Assembly (NCBI GenBank): GCA_015232565.1
Contig: JADFZK010000010.1
Location: forward strand, 987 to 64,986
Source: Candidatus Omnitrophota bacterium
GTDB taxonomy: Bacteria; Omnitrophota; Gorgyraeia; Zapsychrales; Fredricksoniimonadaceae
DNA: 64,000 nucleotides
Direction of reading: 5' to 3'
The stretch's first letter is position 1. Each line of letters begins with the position of its first letter. Under the pieces are notes generated by a model, which did no database searches, had not been told where the DNA came from, and saw nothing but the letters and a program-made list of their open reading frames with translations. This document shows positions 1 through 9,427 of this stretch, one piece after another. The position numbers and the translations under genes were made by a program.

Positions 1-492
1 TGTTATCTGCTGTTTAGCCGCCTGTTCCACATTTACCAGGGACTTCCAGTAAGCCGTGAAACCTTCCGACTGATGCCCGGCCTCTTTCTGGATCTCGGAA
101 ATTGCGAAAGGATACAAATGCAGGAGCGCAATGCGGCCGGCCAGAGTTTCGCCAATGCCCTTCATTAAAGCCCATTGCTGTGAACCGGTAAGGATCCATT
201 GCCCGGGAGTTTTATCCGCTTCGATCCTGGCCTTGATGTAGGGCAGAAGTTCGGGGACATTCTGGATCTCGTCAATTATGACCGGAGGAGAGTAGCGCTC
301 CAAAAAACCGCGAGGGTCTTCTGCGGCGTACTGGCGGATGTCCAGCTCATCCAGCAGGACGTACTTGTAGCGGTTGCCCAAACGCCGGGCCAGCGTGGTC
401 TTGCCGGCCCGCCGCGGCCCGCCAATATAAACCGCCGGGAAAGCAGTAACCGCATCAAACAAAGCAGGCTCGAGCAATCTGGTCGTGTACAT
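1..492 (-). CDS. AAA+ ATPase, DUF4143/AAA_14-type (partial; runs off the window start)
   Basis: Minus-strand translation starts at ATG 492..490 and reads MYTTRLLEPALFDAVTAFPAVYIGGPRRAGKTTLARRLG..., which contains a Walker A motif (GPRRAGKT). The frame is open to position 1. It is missing from the ORF track because it has no in-window stop. Confidence 0.75.
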   Translation of the reverse strand, partial: MYTTRLLEPALFDAVTAFPAVYIGGPRRAGKTTLARRLGNRYKYVLLDELDIRQYAAEDPRGFLERYSPPVIIDEIQNVPELLPYIKARIEADKTPGQWILTGSQQWALMKGIGETLAGRIALLHLYPFAISEIQKEAGHQSEGFTAYWKSLVNVEQAAKQQIT

Positions 493-622
493 GCTTGTAA
501 TTATAAAGTAGAACTTTAGTTTGTCAAGAGCAAAAAACCAGCCGCGGCCGACCTTGCCCCAGTCCCCGCCAGGGGATGTCGGATACGAAAATGATTCAAT
601 CTCTCGATCCGCTAAACAAGGA

Positions 623-676
623 CCAAAAAATAACAGCGCGGTATTCAATCCAGGCTGGGATTAAATACCGCGCTGT
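623..676 (-). terminator. Rho-independent terminator downstream of the porin gene
   Basis: There is a perfect 12-bp inverted repeat, acagcgcggtat (633..644) and ataccgcgctgt (665..676). On the minus strand it is followed by TTATTTTTTGG. Confidence 0.6.
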
Positions 677-696
677 TTCTGTGCTGACTAATTCAG

Positions 697-2037
697 TTAG
701 AACTTCAACGTTAAGGATGACATCAAACGATTGGCATCGCCTTCAACATCATCGGTGTATTTGGTCTGAAAATATTGGTACTCCAGGCCCAGCAACAGAT
801 CCTTACTCAGGCTGTATTTCAGATTGGTGTAGTAAGTACGGTTGTAATCCCAAACTGAACTGTTAGACATGGACGGTTGAACGTCCCGGGTAACGTCCTG
901 GCCAGCGCCAAAATTGGTTTCCACTTTTTTGGTTGGCTTTAAGGTCAATTCCACAAAACCGCCGGTGGACTGCACGCCCTTATAACCGTTAACCCCGGTA
1001 GCAGAGCCGCCCTGAAAATCATCAAGCTTGGCGCCGTTGTAACCTTCCGTCTTCAGGGAAAGCCAATCGGTGAACTTAAGCGTTAAGCCGGCGGTAACCG
1101 CCCAGATATCGGCATCGGTAGCGCCAGCGATAACATTACGGCCGTACGCACCGCCCACACCCAGCGTGGTGGCCACTCCGGCCACCTTGGTTTCATAACC
1201 CACGTAACCGGCACCCACCGGCACGCCGCTTTCTTCCTGCTGGGTATCATCGGTATCGATAGCGCCGAATTTGGACGTAAACTTGCCGCCCAGCATCTCG
1301 CCCCAGTTATTCGACACATAAACCATTGGATGACGCGTCCCGATATTTCCGGCGCGATACAGCACGCCGGCATTGATCAGATTAACGCTTAAAGGCGCAA
1401 AGAAATCCCAGTTCTGACCGGCCATCACGCCCCATTTGGCATAATCCAGCTGGGCATACGCCAAACGCAGCCGGGGATTATAAACTGACATGGACGTGGT
1501 AGACGAAGCCGTGCCGCCAGCAAAATCCATCTCGAACTTGCCGCTGACCTTACCGCCGTCCTCCAGATCGGGAGCTTTGAAATTCAACCCGAGGCGCGTG
1601 TCCTGGGCGGTGAAATTAATATCCTGGCCATCGCTGGCCACCCCCGCGATATTCTCGCGCGGAGCGTTAGACATGGACGCGGTGCCGCCCTGATCGGAAT
1701 CCGACCAGGCCGCCACTCCGGAAACAAACCCGTAAAGTTCAATATCCATCTTGGTCTTGAGGAAATTACCGGCGGCGGACAACGGAGCAGCGGGCGCCGC
1801 GGCTGCGGCCACGGACAGGGTCTTGGCTTTTACATCGGCCACTTCGGCGGCTTGCGAAACCTGCGCGCCTTTTAAGGCGCCGACTTCGGCTTTCAGCGCA
1901 GTATTCTCGGCCTCCAGCGCTTCCACACGTTTTAGGATATCTTCCAGCGTAACTTCGGCGCCGGCGGGAAAAGCATACCCGAAAGCGAAAACCGCCGACA
2001 TTATGAGCGCTAACACACCCTTACCTGTTTTTAACAT
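697..2037 (-). CDS. Outer-membrane porin with N-terminal coiled coil (DcaP-like architecture)
   Basis: It has a signal peptide, a coiled-coil segment (LEDILKRVEALEAENTALKAEVGALK), and a Gly/aromatic-rich region with beta-strand periodicity. The C-terminus ends ...SLTLKF with a terminal Phe. Confidence 0.6.
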   Translation of the reverse strand: MLKTGKGVLALIMSAVFAFGYAFPAGAEVTLEDILKRVEALEAENTALKAEVGALKGAQVSQAAEVADVKAKTLSVAAAAAPAAPLSAAGNFLKTKMDIELYGFVSGVAAWSDSDQGGTASMSNAPRENIAGVASDGQDINFTAQDTRLGLNFKAPDLEDGGKVSGKFEMDFAGGTASSTTSMSVYNPRLRLAYAQLDYAKWGVMAGQNWDFFAPLSVNLINAGVLYRAGNIGTRHPMVYVSNNWGEMLGGKFTSKFGAIDTDDTQQEESGVPVGAGYVGYETKVAGVATTLGVGGAYGRNVIAGATDADIWAVTAGLTLKFTDWLSLKTEGYNGAKLDDFQGGSATGVNGYKGVQSTGGFVELTLKPTKKVETNFGAGQDVTRDVQPSMSNSSVWDYNRTYYTNLKYSLSKDLLLGLEYQYFQTKYTDDVEGDANRLMSSLTLKF

Positions 2038-2134
2038 AAGCTTCTCCCCTGGTTTTTTACCGCTGGATATAAAATACAGTAAAAGAAGTATACAGCAGGC
2101 CTGACCCCAAGGTAAAGCAGGAAGGCAAGAATCT

Positions 2135-2317
2135 TTACTTCATGCCCAGCTTTTGCAAAAGCCACATCATCGGGCACCAGTTGGTAAAAGCCGATTGTAA
2201 AAGATTAAGCGCAATGAAAGCGGTGAACCACAGCCAAAGCGGGCTCACCAGATGCGCCAGCAACAGGCTGACCAAAAGAAACGTTCCGGCGATACCACGC
2301 AACATGCGCTCGATCAT
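2135..2317 (-). CDS. DUF2892/YgaP-like small inner-membrane protein
   Basis: This 60-aa protein has two TM segments and an MIERMLRGIAG...NWCP pattern typical of DUF2892. It is translationally coupled (ATGA) to the upstream RND gene. Confidence 0.45.
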   Translation of the reverse strand: MIERMLRGIAGTFLLVSLLLAHLVSPLWLWFTAFIALNLLQSAFTNWCPMMWLLQKLGMK

Positions 2318-5300
2318 AAAGCACCCCCCTTTGGTTTCATCATCATATAGTAGATCACCGGTATTGCGGTGCGCGACAACAACGTGGATGCCACTTCACC
2401 GGCTATTAACGCCAGCGCCAGACCCTGGAAGATCGGGTCGAACAAAATGACCGACGCGCCCACCACCACCGCGGCGGCGGTTAAAAGCATGGGCCGAAAC
2501 CGCTTGGCCCCGGCATCCACCACCGCTTCTTCCAGCGACATGCCTTCCCGGCGGCGCAGTTCGATAAAATCCACCAGGATGATAGCGTTGCGCACCACTA
2601 TCCCGGCCCCGGCGATCATGCCGATCATGGACGTGGCGGTAAAGAAAGTGCCGGTCATCCAATGGGCGGGCAGTATGCCGATCAGCGTCAGCGGAATAGG
2701 GAACATGATGATCAGCGGGGTCTTGAAAGACTGGAACCACCCGACGACCAAAGCGTATATCAAGAGCAAGACGATCGCAAAAGCGATCCCCAGGTCGCGA
2801 AAGACCTCGTAGGTCACCTGCCACTCGCCGTCCCATTTTACCGACCACCGCTCCCCGCCTTCCGGCATGGCCGTGAATAACTGATCCACCTGCTTCTGCT
2901 CACCGCCGGGCGGGACCAAAGCCGCGATCCGCGGCTTGAGGCTCAGGATAGCATAGACCGGGCTTTCCAGGCTGCCCTGCACATCGCCGGTAACATAGGC
3001 CACCCGTAAAAGGTTCTTATGATAAAGCACGGGATCGCGAAACCCTTCCTCCACGGTCACCAGGTCGCGCAAAGGGATCCGGTTGCCATAGCGGGACAAT
3101 ACCGCAACCTCCAGCACTCCGTCGAGCGACTGGCGTTTCTCGGCCGGCAGGCGCAAAACTATCTCGACGGGCTCGTTCTCACCGGACAAATGCGCCACAT
3201 CCGCGGCATTGCCTTTCAGGCTTTCGGCTACCAGGCCGGCGATAACTCCCGGAGACACGCCGTTAAGGGAAGCCAGGCGGGTGTTGATCCTTAAACGGTA
3301 AAGCTTTTCGGGCCGGGCGTTGAACGTATCGACATCGGTCACGTTATTATCGGACCGGAAAAGTTTTTCGATATCCTCGGCCAGCTGACGGCGGCCGGCC
3401 TCGGTGGGGCCGTAAACTTCGGTTACCAGCGTAGACAATACCGGCGGCCCCGGAGGCACTTCGGCCACCTGCACCCGGGCGCTGTATTTGGCCGCGATCG
3501 CGTGGATCTGCGGACGCACCGCCACTGCTATCGCATGGCTCTGGCGCTTACGTTCATCCTTACCCGCCAAATTAACCTGCAGATCCGCCTGCCAGGGGCT
3601 GGAACGCAGAAAATAATGCCGCACCAGGCCATTGAAATTATACGGAGCGCTGGCCCCGACATAGGCCTCGATATCACGCACTTCCGGAACAGTCTTGAGG
3701 TAATCGGCCATTTCATTGATAGCCCGGGCAGTCACCTGGACCGGGGTGCCTTCCGGCATATTAAGCACCACCTGGAATTCATTCTTGTTATCAAAAGGCA
3801 GCATCTTCACCTTAACCGCCTTAAGCGGCACCAGCAGGATGGACAAAAACAAAAGCCCGCCCATCGCCAAAAGGAAGTTCTTGCGCACCCGGGGCTTTTC
3901 AATAAGCGGTTTCATATACCAGCGGTATAACCGGGTGAGCCAGTCTTCCCGCTCGCCGTCCACATGCTCCTTAAGCGCCCCTTTTTGATGCGCCCCGCCG
4001 AGGATCCGGCACGCCGCCCAGGGTGTGGCCACAAAAGCCACCATCATGGATATAAGCATGGCCAGACTGGCGCCAATGGGGATCGGTCGCATATACGGAC
4101 CCATCAGCCCGCTGACAAACGCCATCGGCAGGATGGCCGCGATAACCGTTAAAGTGGCCAGGATAAGCGGGCCTTGCACCTCATTTACCGCGTCGATCGC
4201 GACCAGCAGGATATCCCGCCCGCGGTTTTTGGCCATGCGCAAATGCCGCACAATATTTTCCACGTCGACGATAGGGTCGTCCACCAGGATGCCGATCGAA
4301 AAGATCAGAGCAAAAAGAGTAATGCGATTAAGAGTGAACCCCATAAAGTAAAAACCGGCCAGGGTCAGCGCCAGCGTCATCGGAATAGCCACCGCCACCA
4401 CCCCCGCCTCACGCCAGCCAAGAACAAAACCGATGAGCACACTGACGCCCAGGACCGCCAGGGCCATATGGAAAAGCAATTCGTTGGATTTTTCCTCGGC
4501 GGTGTGCCCGTAATCGCGCGTTACGGTATATTCCACACCCGCCGGAATAACTCCGCCGCGCAAACCCTCCACCTTCTTTAATATCCTGCCGCATAACTGC
4601 GCGGCATTGGTGCCCTTGCGCTTGGAGACCGCCAGGGTGGCCGCCGCAAAAGGCCCCTTGTCCGCCACCGGCGAGTTTACGCCAAAGCGGATATTCACCG
4701 CACGGTCTTCCTGGTCCGGCCCGTCTACCACCCGCGCCACGTCCTTTAAATACACTTCGCCGCCCTGGCTCACGCCCACCACCAAATTCTCCAGGTCGCT
4801 TTTGGAACGAAAGAAAGCATCCGCTTCCACAAAGATCAGGTCCCGGTCGCCCTCGAGCTTGCCGGCCGCCTGCTTAACATTAGCGCGTTGGATAATAAGG
4901 GCGATCTCGGCCGGGTCAAGGATCCGCTCCCTGAGCCGGGCTCCGTCGAGCTCTACCCGGAACTGGCGCAAACGGCCGCCGGTTATCAGCGTTTCGGAAA
5001 CGTCCGGGATCGCCGCCACTTCATTCTGCACGTTGGAGACCACCTTGCGCAGGGCCACTTCGTCCAGCCGGGCCGCATGAAATGTCAAGGCCAGCACCGG
5101 CACATCGTCGATAGACCGCACTTTAATAAAAGGCTGAGTGCCGCCTTTGGCCAGCGAATCCAGGTTGGCATTCACCTTGCTGTAAAGCTTGATCAGGCTT
5201 CTTTCCACATCCTCGCCCACCTTGAAACGCACCGTGATAACGGCGCCTTCCGGGCGGATCATGGAATATATATATTCCACGCCGTTGATCTCCCAGAGCC

Positions 5301-5532
5301 GGCGCTCGCCCACGTTCACCACCCGCCGCTCCACCTCCTCGGTGCTGGCGCCGGGATAAGACACGAATATATCGAACATCGGCACGCTGATCTGCGGCTC
5401 TTCCTCGCGCGGCAGGTTAAGCACCGCCAGCAGGCCGATGACCACCGAGAAAATAATGATCAGGGGCGTAACCTTGGAACGGGCAAAAGCCCCGATCACT
5501 TTACCGATAAAACCGCTTTCCGAAGGCTCCAT
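2314..5532 (-). CDS. RND efflux transporter permease (AcrB/CzcA superfamily)
   Basis: The protein is about 1070 aa with 12 TM segments and two large periplasmic loops, the classic RND layout. The likely start is MEPSESGFIGK at 5532, preceded by a GAGGA Shine-Dalgarno site. The ORF-track start at 5592 would overlap the upstream gene. Confidence 0.9.
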   Translation of the reverse strand: MEPSESGFIGKVIGAFARSKVTPLIIIFSVVIGLLAVLNLPREEEPQISVPMFDIFVSYPGASTEEVERRVVNVGERRLWEINGVEYIYSMIRPEGAVITVRFKVGEDVERSLIKLYSKVNANLDSLAKGGTQPFIKVRSIDDVPVLALTFHAARLDEVALRKVVSNVQNEVAAIPDVSETLITGGRLRQFRVELDGARLRERILDPAEIALIIQRANVKQAAGKLEGDRDLIFVEADAFFRSKSDLENLVVGVSQGGEVYLKDVARVVDGPDQEDRAVNIRFGVNSPVADKGPFAAATLAVSKRKGTNAAQLCGRILKKVEGLRGGVIPAGVEYTVTRDYGHTAEEKSNELLFHMALAVLGVSVLIGFVLGWREAGVVAVAIPMTLALTLAGFYFMGFTLNRITLFALIFSIGILVDDPIVDVENIVRHLRMAKNRGRDILLVAIDAVNEVQGPLILATLTVIAAILPMAFVSGLMGPYMRPIPIGASLAMLISMMVAFVATPWAACRILGGAHQKGALKEHVDGEREDWLTRLYRWYMKPLIEKPRVRKNFLLAMGGLLFLSILLVPLKAVKVKMLPFDNKNEFQVVLNMPEGTPVQVTARAINEMADYLKTVPEVRDIEAYVGASAPYNFNGLVRHYFLRSSPWQADLQVNLAGKDERKRQSHAIAVAVRPQIHAIAAKYSARVQVAEVPPGPPVLSTLVTEVYGPTEAGRRQLAEDIEKLFRSDNNVTDVDTFNARPEKLYRLRINTRLASLNGVSPGVIAGLVAESLKGNAADVAHLSGENEPVEIVLRLPAEKRQSLDGVLEVAVLSRYGNRIPLRDLVTVEEGFRDPVLYHKNLLRVAYVTGDVQGSLESPVYAILSLKPRIAALVPPGGEQKQVDQLFTAMPEGGERWSVKWDGEWQVTYEVFRDLGIAFAIVLLLIYALVVGWFQSFKTPLIIMFPIPLTLIGILPAHWMTGTFFTATSMIGMIAGAGIVVRNAIILVDFIELRRREGMSLEEAVVDAGAKRFRPMLLTAAAVVVGASVILFDPIFQGLALALIAGEVASTLLSRTAIPVIYYMMMKPKGGAL

Positions 5533-5542
5533 AGAATTATCC

Positions 5543-6919
5543 TCAGTTCCCGTTGGTGATCCCGGCCGAGACCGCTTTAATCCCGTCGGCATTCAGCTGA
5601 CCGCTTAAGAACAACAAACGCGCCCGGGACGTGATCAAGCCCCAGCGCATTTCCGCCAGCGCGCTGGCCGCACTCAGCCGGGCATCGCGCGCATCTTCCA
5701 GATCGGTGATCGATTTCCGACCCTCGCTGTACAACGGCAGTAACATTTCAACCGCCCGGGCGGAGTCTTCGGCCATAGCCAGCACTACCGGATAATTAGC
5801 TTGTAACGCTTCGTAACGCGCGTTTTCCCGCGCCAGGTCGCTGGCGGCCGTATCCCGCAGGGCCTGCTGTTGTGCCAAAGCCAGCTCCAGCAAAGCGCTG
5901 GCTTCCTTTATACGGCCGGAACGGGCCGGGTCAAATAATGGCAAATCAGCCACCACCCCCAGCGCTGCGTTATTACCTCCCCGATCACCCAGGTCACGGC
6001 GATTATTAGTGCCATCGGCCGTTAAAGTAACGGTGGGCAGGATACTATCGCGAGCGCGTAAAACCTCTTCCCGCCGGGCATTTACCCGCGCCGCCAGCGC
6101 CACAAAGTCCGGTCGCGTTTCCTGGGCCTGGGCCAGCAAGTCCGCCGCCGGCACCCCGGCCGGTTCGGCCTTACCGGCTGACAGCGGCAAAGTAAATTCA
6201 CTGGCCAACGGAGCACCTCTCATAATATTCAGCAACAACCGCATACTCTTCACCTGACGGGTCAGCTCGTTGCGCGCCTGGCTAAAGCGTCCCGCACGGA
6301 CCCGGGCGGCATAAAAATCGGCCCCCAACACCAGGCCCTTGTCCTTAAGGTCCTGGGCCTTTTTAAGATCCTCGCCCGACGCGCTCACAGCTTCCTCGGC
6401 AATAACCAGCATTTGTTCCAGGGCCAGGGCGCCGGAATAAGCATCGTGCGCCAGCAGGAAGGCCTCCATAACCACGAATTTCTCGTCGGCCTGTGCGGCC
6501 TTGACCTGTTCACGGGCCGCACGCGCCGTGCGCACCGTGCGCATGGCGTCGAACAAGGGCCAGCGCAAATGTACCCCGCCCTGCAGGTCACGCTGATGGC
6601 GCGGAGTGTTTAAACGATTTAATTCGAAATCGGATTGGCTAAACCGCTCCTGACGCAACAACATGCCAAACACATTTACCGGATCATCGCTTTCGCTAAA
6701 CCCGGCCGTCACCGACAGGCTGGGCCAGAACCCGGCCGAGGCCTGCATTTTGCGCGCCCAGCTCAATTCCACCTCGGCCGCGGCCGAACGCAATCCGGGA
6801 TTATGCTCCACGACCTGCTGATAAAATTGATCAAAAGCCAACGACGGCGCCTCGGCGGCTTGCGCCCCGGCGGCCGCCAAAATGGTAACCAGCATCAGAC
6901 AAAATGATCGTATTCGCAT
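5543..6919 (-). CDS. TolC-like outer membrane efflux protein (OMF)
   Basis: It has a signal peptide and two repeated alpha-helical/coiled-coil halves typical of the OEP family. The start is refined to MRIRSFC at 6919, preceded by GGAGGA. Confidence 0.8.
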   Translation of the reverse strand: MRIRSFCLMLVTILAAAGAQAAEAPSLAFDQFYQQVVEHNPGLRSAAAEVELSWARKMQASAGFWPSLSVTAGFSESDDPVNVFGMLLRQERFSQSDFELNRLNTPRHQRDLQGGVHLRWPLFDAMRTVRTARAAREQVKAAQADEKFVVMEAFLLAHDAYSGALALEQMLVIAEEAVSASGEDLKKAQDLKDKGLVLGADFYAARVRAGRFSQARNELTRQVKSMRLLLNIMRGAPLASEFTLPLSAGKAEPAGVPAADLLAQAQETRPDFVALAARVNARREEVLRARDSILPTVTLTADGTNNRRDLGDRGGNNAALGVVADLPLFDPARSGRIKEASALLELALAQQQALRDTAASDLARENARYEALQANYPVVLAMAEDSARAVEMLLPLYSEGRKSITDLEDARDARLSAASALAEMRWGLITSRARLLFLSGQLNADGIKAVSAGITNGN

Positions 6920-6936
6920 AGCTATCCTCCGGTCAT

Positions 6937-7290
6937 TCAAATTTTAACTTGATAAACATAGGCCGCAACTGTTTCCACACAACCCAGGCAAGACAATTTA
7001 TGGCCGGCCCGGATCTCGCGGCATTTAGTGGAACCGGCCCGTTCCCGCAGGGCGCTTTCGCATTCTTTTATAATGGAAGACGGCGCTTTATCCAACAGAA
7101 ACCGGGCGGCGTAAAGAGAGCCGCATTCGCCCTCCGGCGCCCGGCCGCCGCCGTGCCCGGCAAAACGCGCGACCGTATCATCACTATAACTGAATTTGTC
7201 CTTGAAAGCATTTATTATAGTTTGCGCACAGTTCAGTTTGGCGTGGCCGTCTTTACCTGCATAATGGGCCCGGGCTTTTTCTATAGACAT
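6937..7290 (-). CDS. C_GCAxxG_C_C family putative redox-active protein
   Basis: The motifs NCAQTI, GGG...GECGSL, GSTKCREI and SCLGCV match the C_GCAxxG_C_C signature layout. Confidence 0.7.
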   Translation of the reverse strand: MSIEKARAHYAGKDGHAKLNCAQTIINAFKDKFSYSDDTVARFAGHGGGRAPEGECGSLYAARFLLDKAPSSIIKECESALRERAGSTKCREIRAGHKLSCLGCVETVAAYVYQVKI

Positions 7291-7302
7291 AAAGTTACCT
7301 CC

Positions 7303-7620
7303 TTATATTCTTTGGCTGCCGGCCCTTTCGCGCGCCAGCAAACGTGGGCAGTTTATCTTGATAGTTTTGCCCTTCACCAGCGCTTCGGCGATCTTGGCAT
7401 GCGCGCGCGCCACAGTATTCCCGAAAGTCTGGCGGGAAACCTTCATGCGCCGGGCGGCGTCGGCCTGATACAAGCCTTCCAGGTCGGCCAGGCGTACCGC
7501 TTCCAGCTCGTCCACCTCCAGCGCCACCTCTTGCCTAACGTCATCCGCGACGCCTTGCGGCTGGAAATAGAAAGCCTTAAGGTCCAAACAGATCTTGCGC
7601 TCCTTGCGCGGCCGGGGCAT
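7303..7620 (-). CDS. UPF0251/DUF134 DNA-binding protein
   Basis: The N-terminus MPRPRKERKI...YFQPQG and a C-terminal sigma-70 region-4-like HTH (VSRQTFGNTVARAHAKIAEAL) fit the family. The start is refined to MPRPRK, preceded by GGAGGGGAAG. Confidence 0.75.
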   Translation of the reverse strand: MPRPRKERKICLDLKAFYFQPQGVADDVRQEVALEVDELEAVRLADLEGLYQADAARRMKVSRQTFGNTVARAHAKIAEALVKGKTIKINCPRLLARERAGSQRI

Positions 7621-7650
7621 TATCTTCCCCTCCGCACAATTAATTGCCAC

Positions 7651-7826
7651 CCACTAATTATTAGCATATGCCAATAATAAAAGCTTTGGCCTGGAATGTC
7701 AAGGATGAAAATTCTACATTGATATTGGAAATATAATGTGTCCCGGTTTTCATGAACAGGAAACTTGACACCAGATTGAAACACTATTAGAATGTCAAAA
7801 TTGTTTAATAACAATAACGCGGATAA
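7651..7826. promoter_or_regulatory. AT-rich divergent intergenic region with repeated TGACA/ATGTCAA half-sites
   Basis: The region contains ggaatgtcaagg, cttgacaccag and gaatgtcaaaatt, i.e. TTGACAC...ATGTCAA palindromic arrangements. It lies between the divergent UPF0251 gene and the HTH regulator gene. Confidence 0.3.
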
Positions 7827-8414
7827 ATGATTTTTATGAAAGAATTTCTTTCCACGACCGAAGCTTCGAAGCTGTGCCAGGTGAACCGGCTTACCGTTAT
7901 CAACTGGGCCAACAAAGGGATCATACCGACGCACAAGACCCCTGGCGGCCACCGGCGCATCCTGAAAGACGACCTGCAAAAATTCATGAAGGAACACGGC
8001 ATGGACGCGGGCGGCTCGGAACTGGCTTCACCGGAAACCAGCTTTCGCTGGTGCTGGGACTACCACAAGGACGAGAAGTTCAAGAACCATAAATGCCGCG
8101 GCTGTCTGGTGCACCTGACCAACGCTAAAAAGTGCTACATGTTGCGCGAGAAAGTCGGGCATAAACGTATCTTTTGTAAAAACAACTGCGACGCCTGCCA
8201 GTACCGCAAGGACTACCTGGACAACTTTCAATGGTGCTGGGAGTTCCATCGCGAGAACGGCGCCTCCGGCCACAAGTGCACGGAATGCGTGGTCTTTCAA
8301 TCCGGAATCAAGAAATGCTACATCCTCCGCGAGGAAACCGGGCACAAAAAGATCTTCTGTAAAGCCGACTGCCAGGACTGCGATTATTATAAGAGAGTGG
8401 CGACCCAGCGCTGA
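7827..8414 (+). CDS. Excisionase/MerR-type HTH (HTH_17) regulator fused to two tandem Cys-rich repeats
   Basis: The N-terminus LSTTEASKLCQVNRLTVINWANKGIIPTHKTPGGHRRI is an HTH_17 domain. It is followed by two ~58-aa repeats, each of the form F.WCW.[FY]H..(7)HKC..C...(9)KCY.LRE..GHK.IFCK..C..C. Confidence 0.6.
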   Translation: MIFMKEFLSTTEASKLCQVNRLTVINWANKGIIPTHKTPGGHRRILKDDLQKFMKEHGMDAGGSELASPETSFRWCWDYHKDEKFKNHKCRGCLVHLTNAKKCYMLREKVGHKRIFCKNNCDACQYRKDYLDNFQWCWEFHRENGASGHKCTECVVFQSGIKKCYILREETGHKKIFCKADCQDCDYYKRVATQR

Positions 8415-8416
8415 AA

Positions 8417-8453
8417 GCCCCCTCCCCACACTCCGTTCGGCAGCGGGGGAGGG
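8417..8453. terminator. GC-rich hairpin between convergent genes
   Basis: The stem pairs ccccctcccc with gggggaggg around a 17-nt loop. The U-tract is weak. Confidence 0.3.
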
Positions 8454-8661
8454 CAATTATCAACAACGTTCCAAAACTGCCGGCTAAACTTTACTCCTTT
8501 TCCTCGTCCGACTTGTGCGCTACTTTACCGCTCAGGTACGCCACCGTACCGCCTACCAAAGCAAAAGCGCCTATTACAAAACACATTCCACAGAACATAA
8601 CTATCCCCCTTTTTGTTAACCCGTTAATTTAGTCCACTGGCCCGAAACCCTTCGCGCCCGG

Positions 8662-9288
8662 TCATTTCCGCCCGGTGATCAAGAACACACTGAAGACCCT
8701 TTCCTGCCCTTCGGCATCCGCCTTGCAGATCTGCGTGGCCTTGGAACAAGAAACCTCCCGAAAGCCGACCACCTCAAGCAAACGCACCAGTTGCACCCGG
8801 TCAAAACCAAGATGGAACACCCCGTCGTGGGAATCATGAAACCGCCCATCCTCCACATCCAGGTCCGCCAGGGCCAGGTGCCCGCCGTCTTCCAGGACTT
8901 TGTAAAACTGCTCCACCAGCATCCGGGTATCCTTCACATGATGCAAAGTCATACTGCTCATAACCAGATGATAACTTCCGGACAAACGCTCGTTCAGCGT
9001 AAGGTCCAGCAAATACGCCTTCATATTGCCGCCGCCGTGCTGGCGGGCCTTGGCCAGAAATACATCCAGCATACCCTTTGAAGTATCTACCCCCGTAACC
9101 GAACGCACCAGAGGGCGAATGTTAAACGACAAAAGCCCGGTGCCACAACCAAAATCGAGGACATCCATTCCCTCTTTTAAGCCCACCTGCCGCATTATTG
9201 CCGCGGCCACTTCTTTCGCCAGATTCGTCCTGAGGGGTGAATCATCCCAGGACTGGGCGTCTTTATCAAAATCCCGCACTTTCGTCAT
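8662..9288 (-). CDS. Class I SAM-dependent methyltransferase
   Basis: It has the motif-I sequence VLDFGCGTGLL and the overall Methyltransf_11/25 layout. Confidence 0.85.
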   Translation of the reverse strand: MTKVRDFDKDAQSWDDSPLRTNLAKEVAAAIMRQVGLKEGMDVLDFGCGTGLLSFNIRPLVRSVTGVDTSKGMLDVFLAKARQHGGGNMKAYLLDLTLNERLSGSYHLVMSSMTLHHVKDTRMLVEQFYKVLEDGGHLALADLDVEDGRFHDSHDGVFHLGFDRVQLVRLLEVVGFREVSCSKATQICKADAEGQERVFSVFLITGRK

Positions 9289-9427
9289 ACCTCACTACCC
9301 CTTAAAATCTTAAGAAACGTTAAACGTACTGCATAAGTTTCAACACCAAATCCGTCTACTACACACAGCATCTTCATGAACCACTTCAAACCAGTGCCGC
9401 CGGCACCGGTCATACAGGCGCGGTCGC

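Noticed and set aside
199-519. 106-aa plus-strand ORF
   Set aside because: It lies entirely antisense to a much better supported minus-strand AAA+ ATPase gene (1..492) that has a clear Walker A motif. It is a GC-rich antisense frame artefact.
576-866. 96-aa plus-strand ORF
   Set aside because: It spans the porin terminator hairpin and runs antisense into the porin gene. It has no Shine-Dalgarno site and no recognisable motifs.
7620-7997. 125-aa minus-strand ORF across the 7651..7826 intergenic region
   Set aside because: It overlaps the refined UPF0251 start and the divergent promoter. Its translation is low complexity with no motif support.
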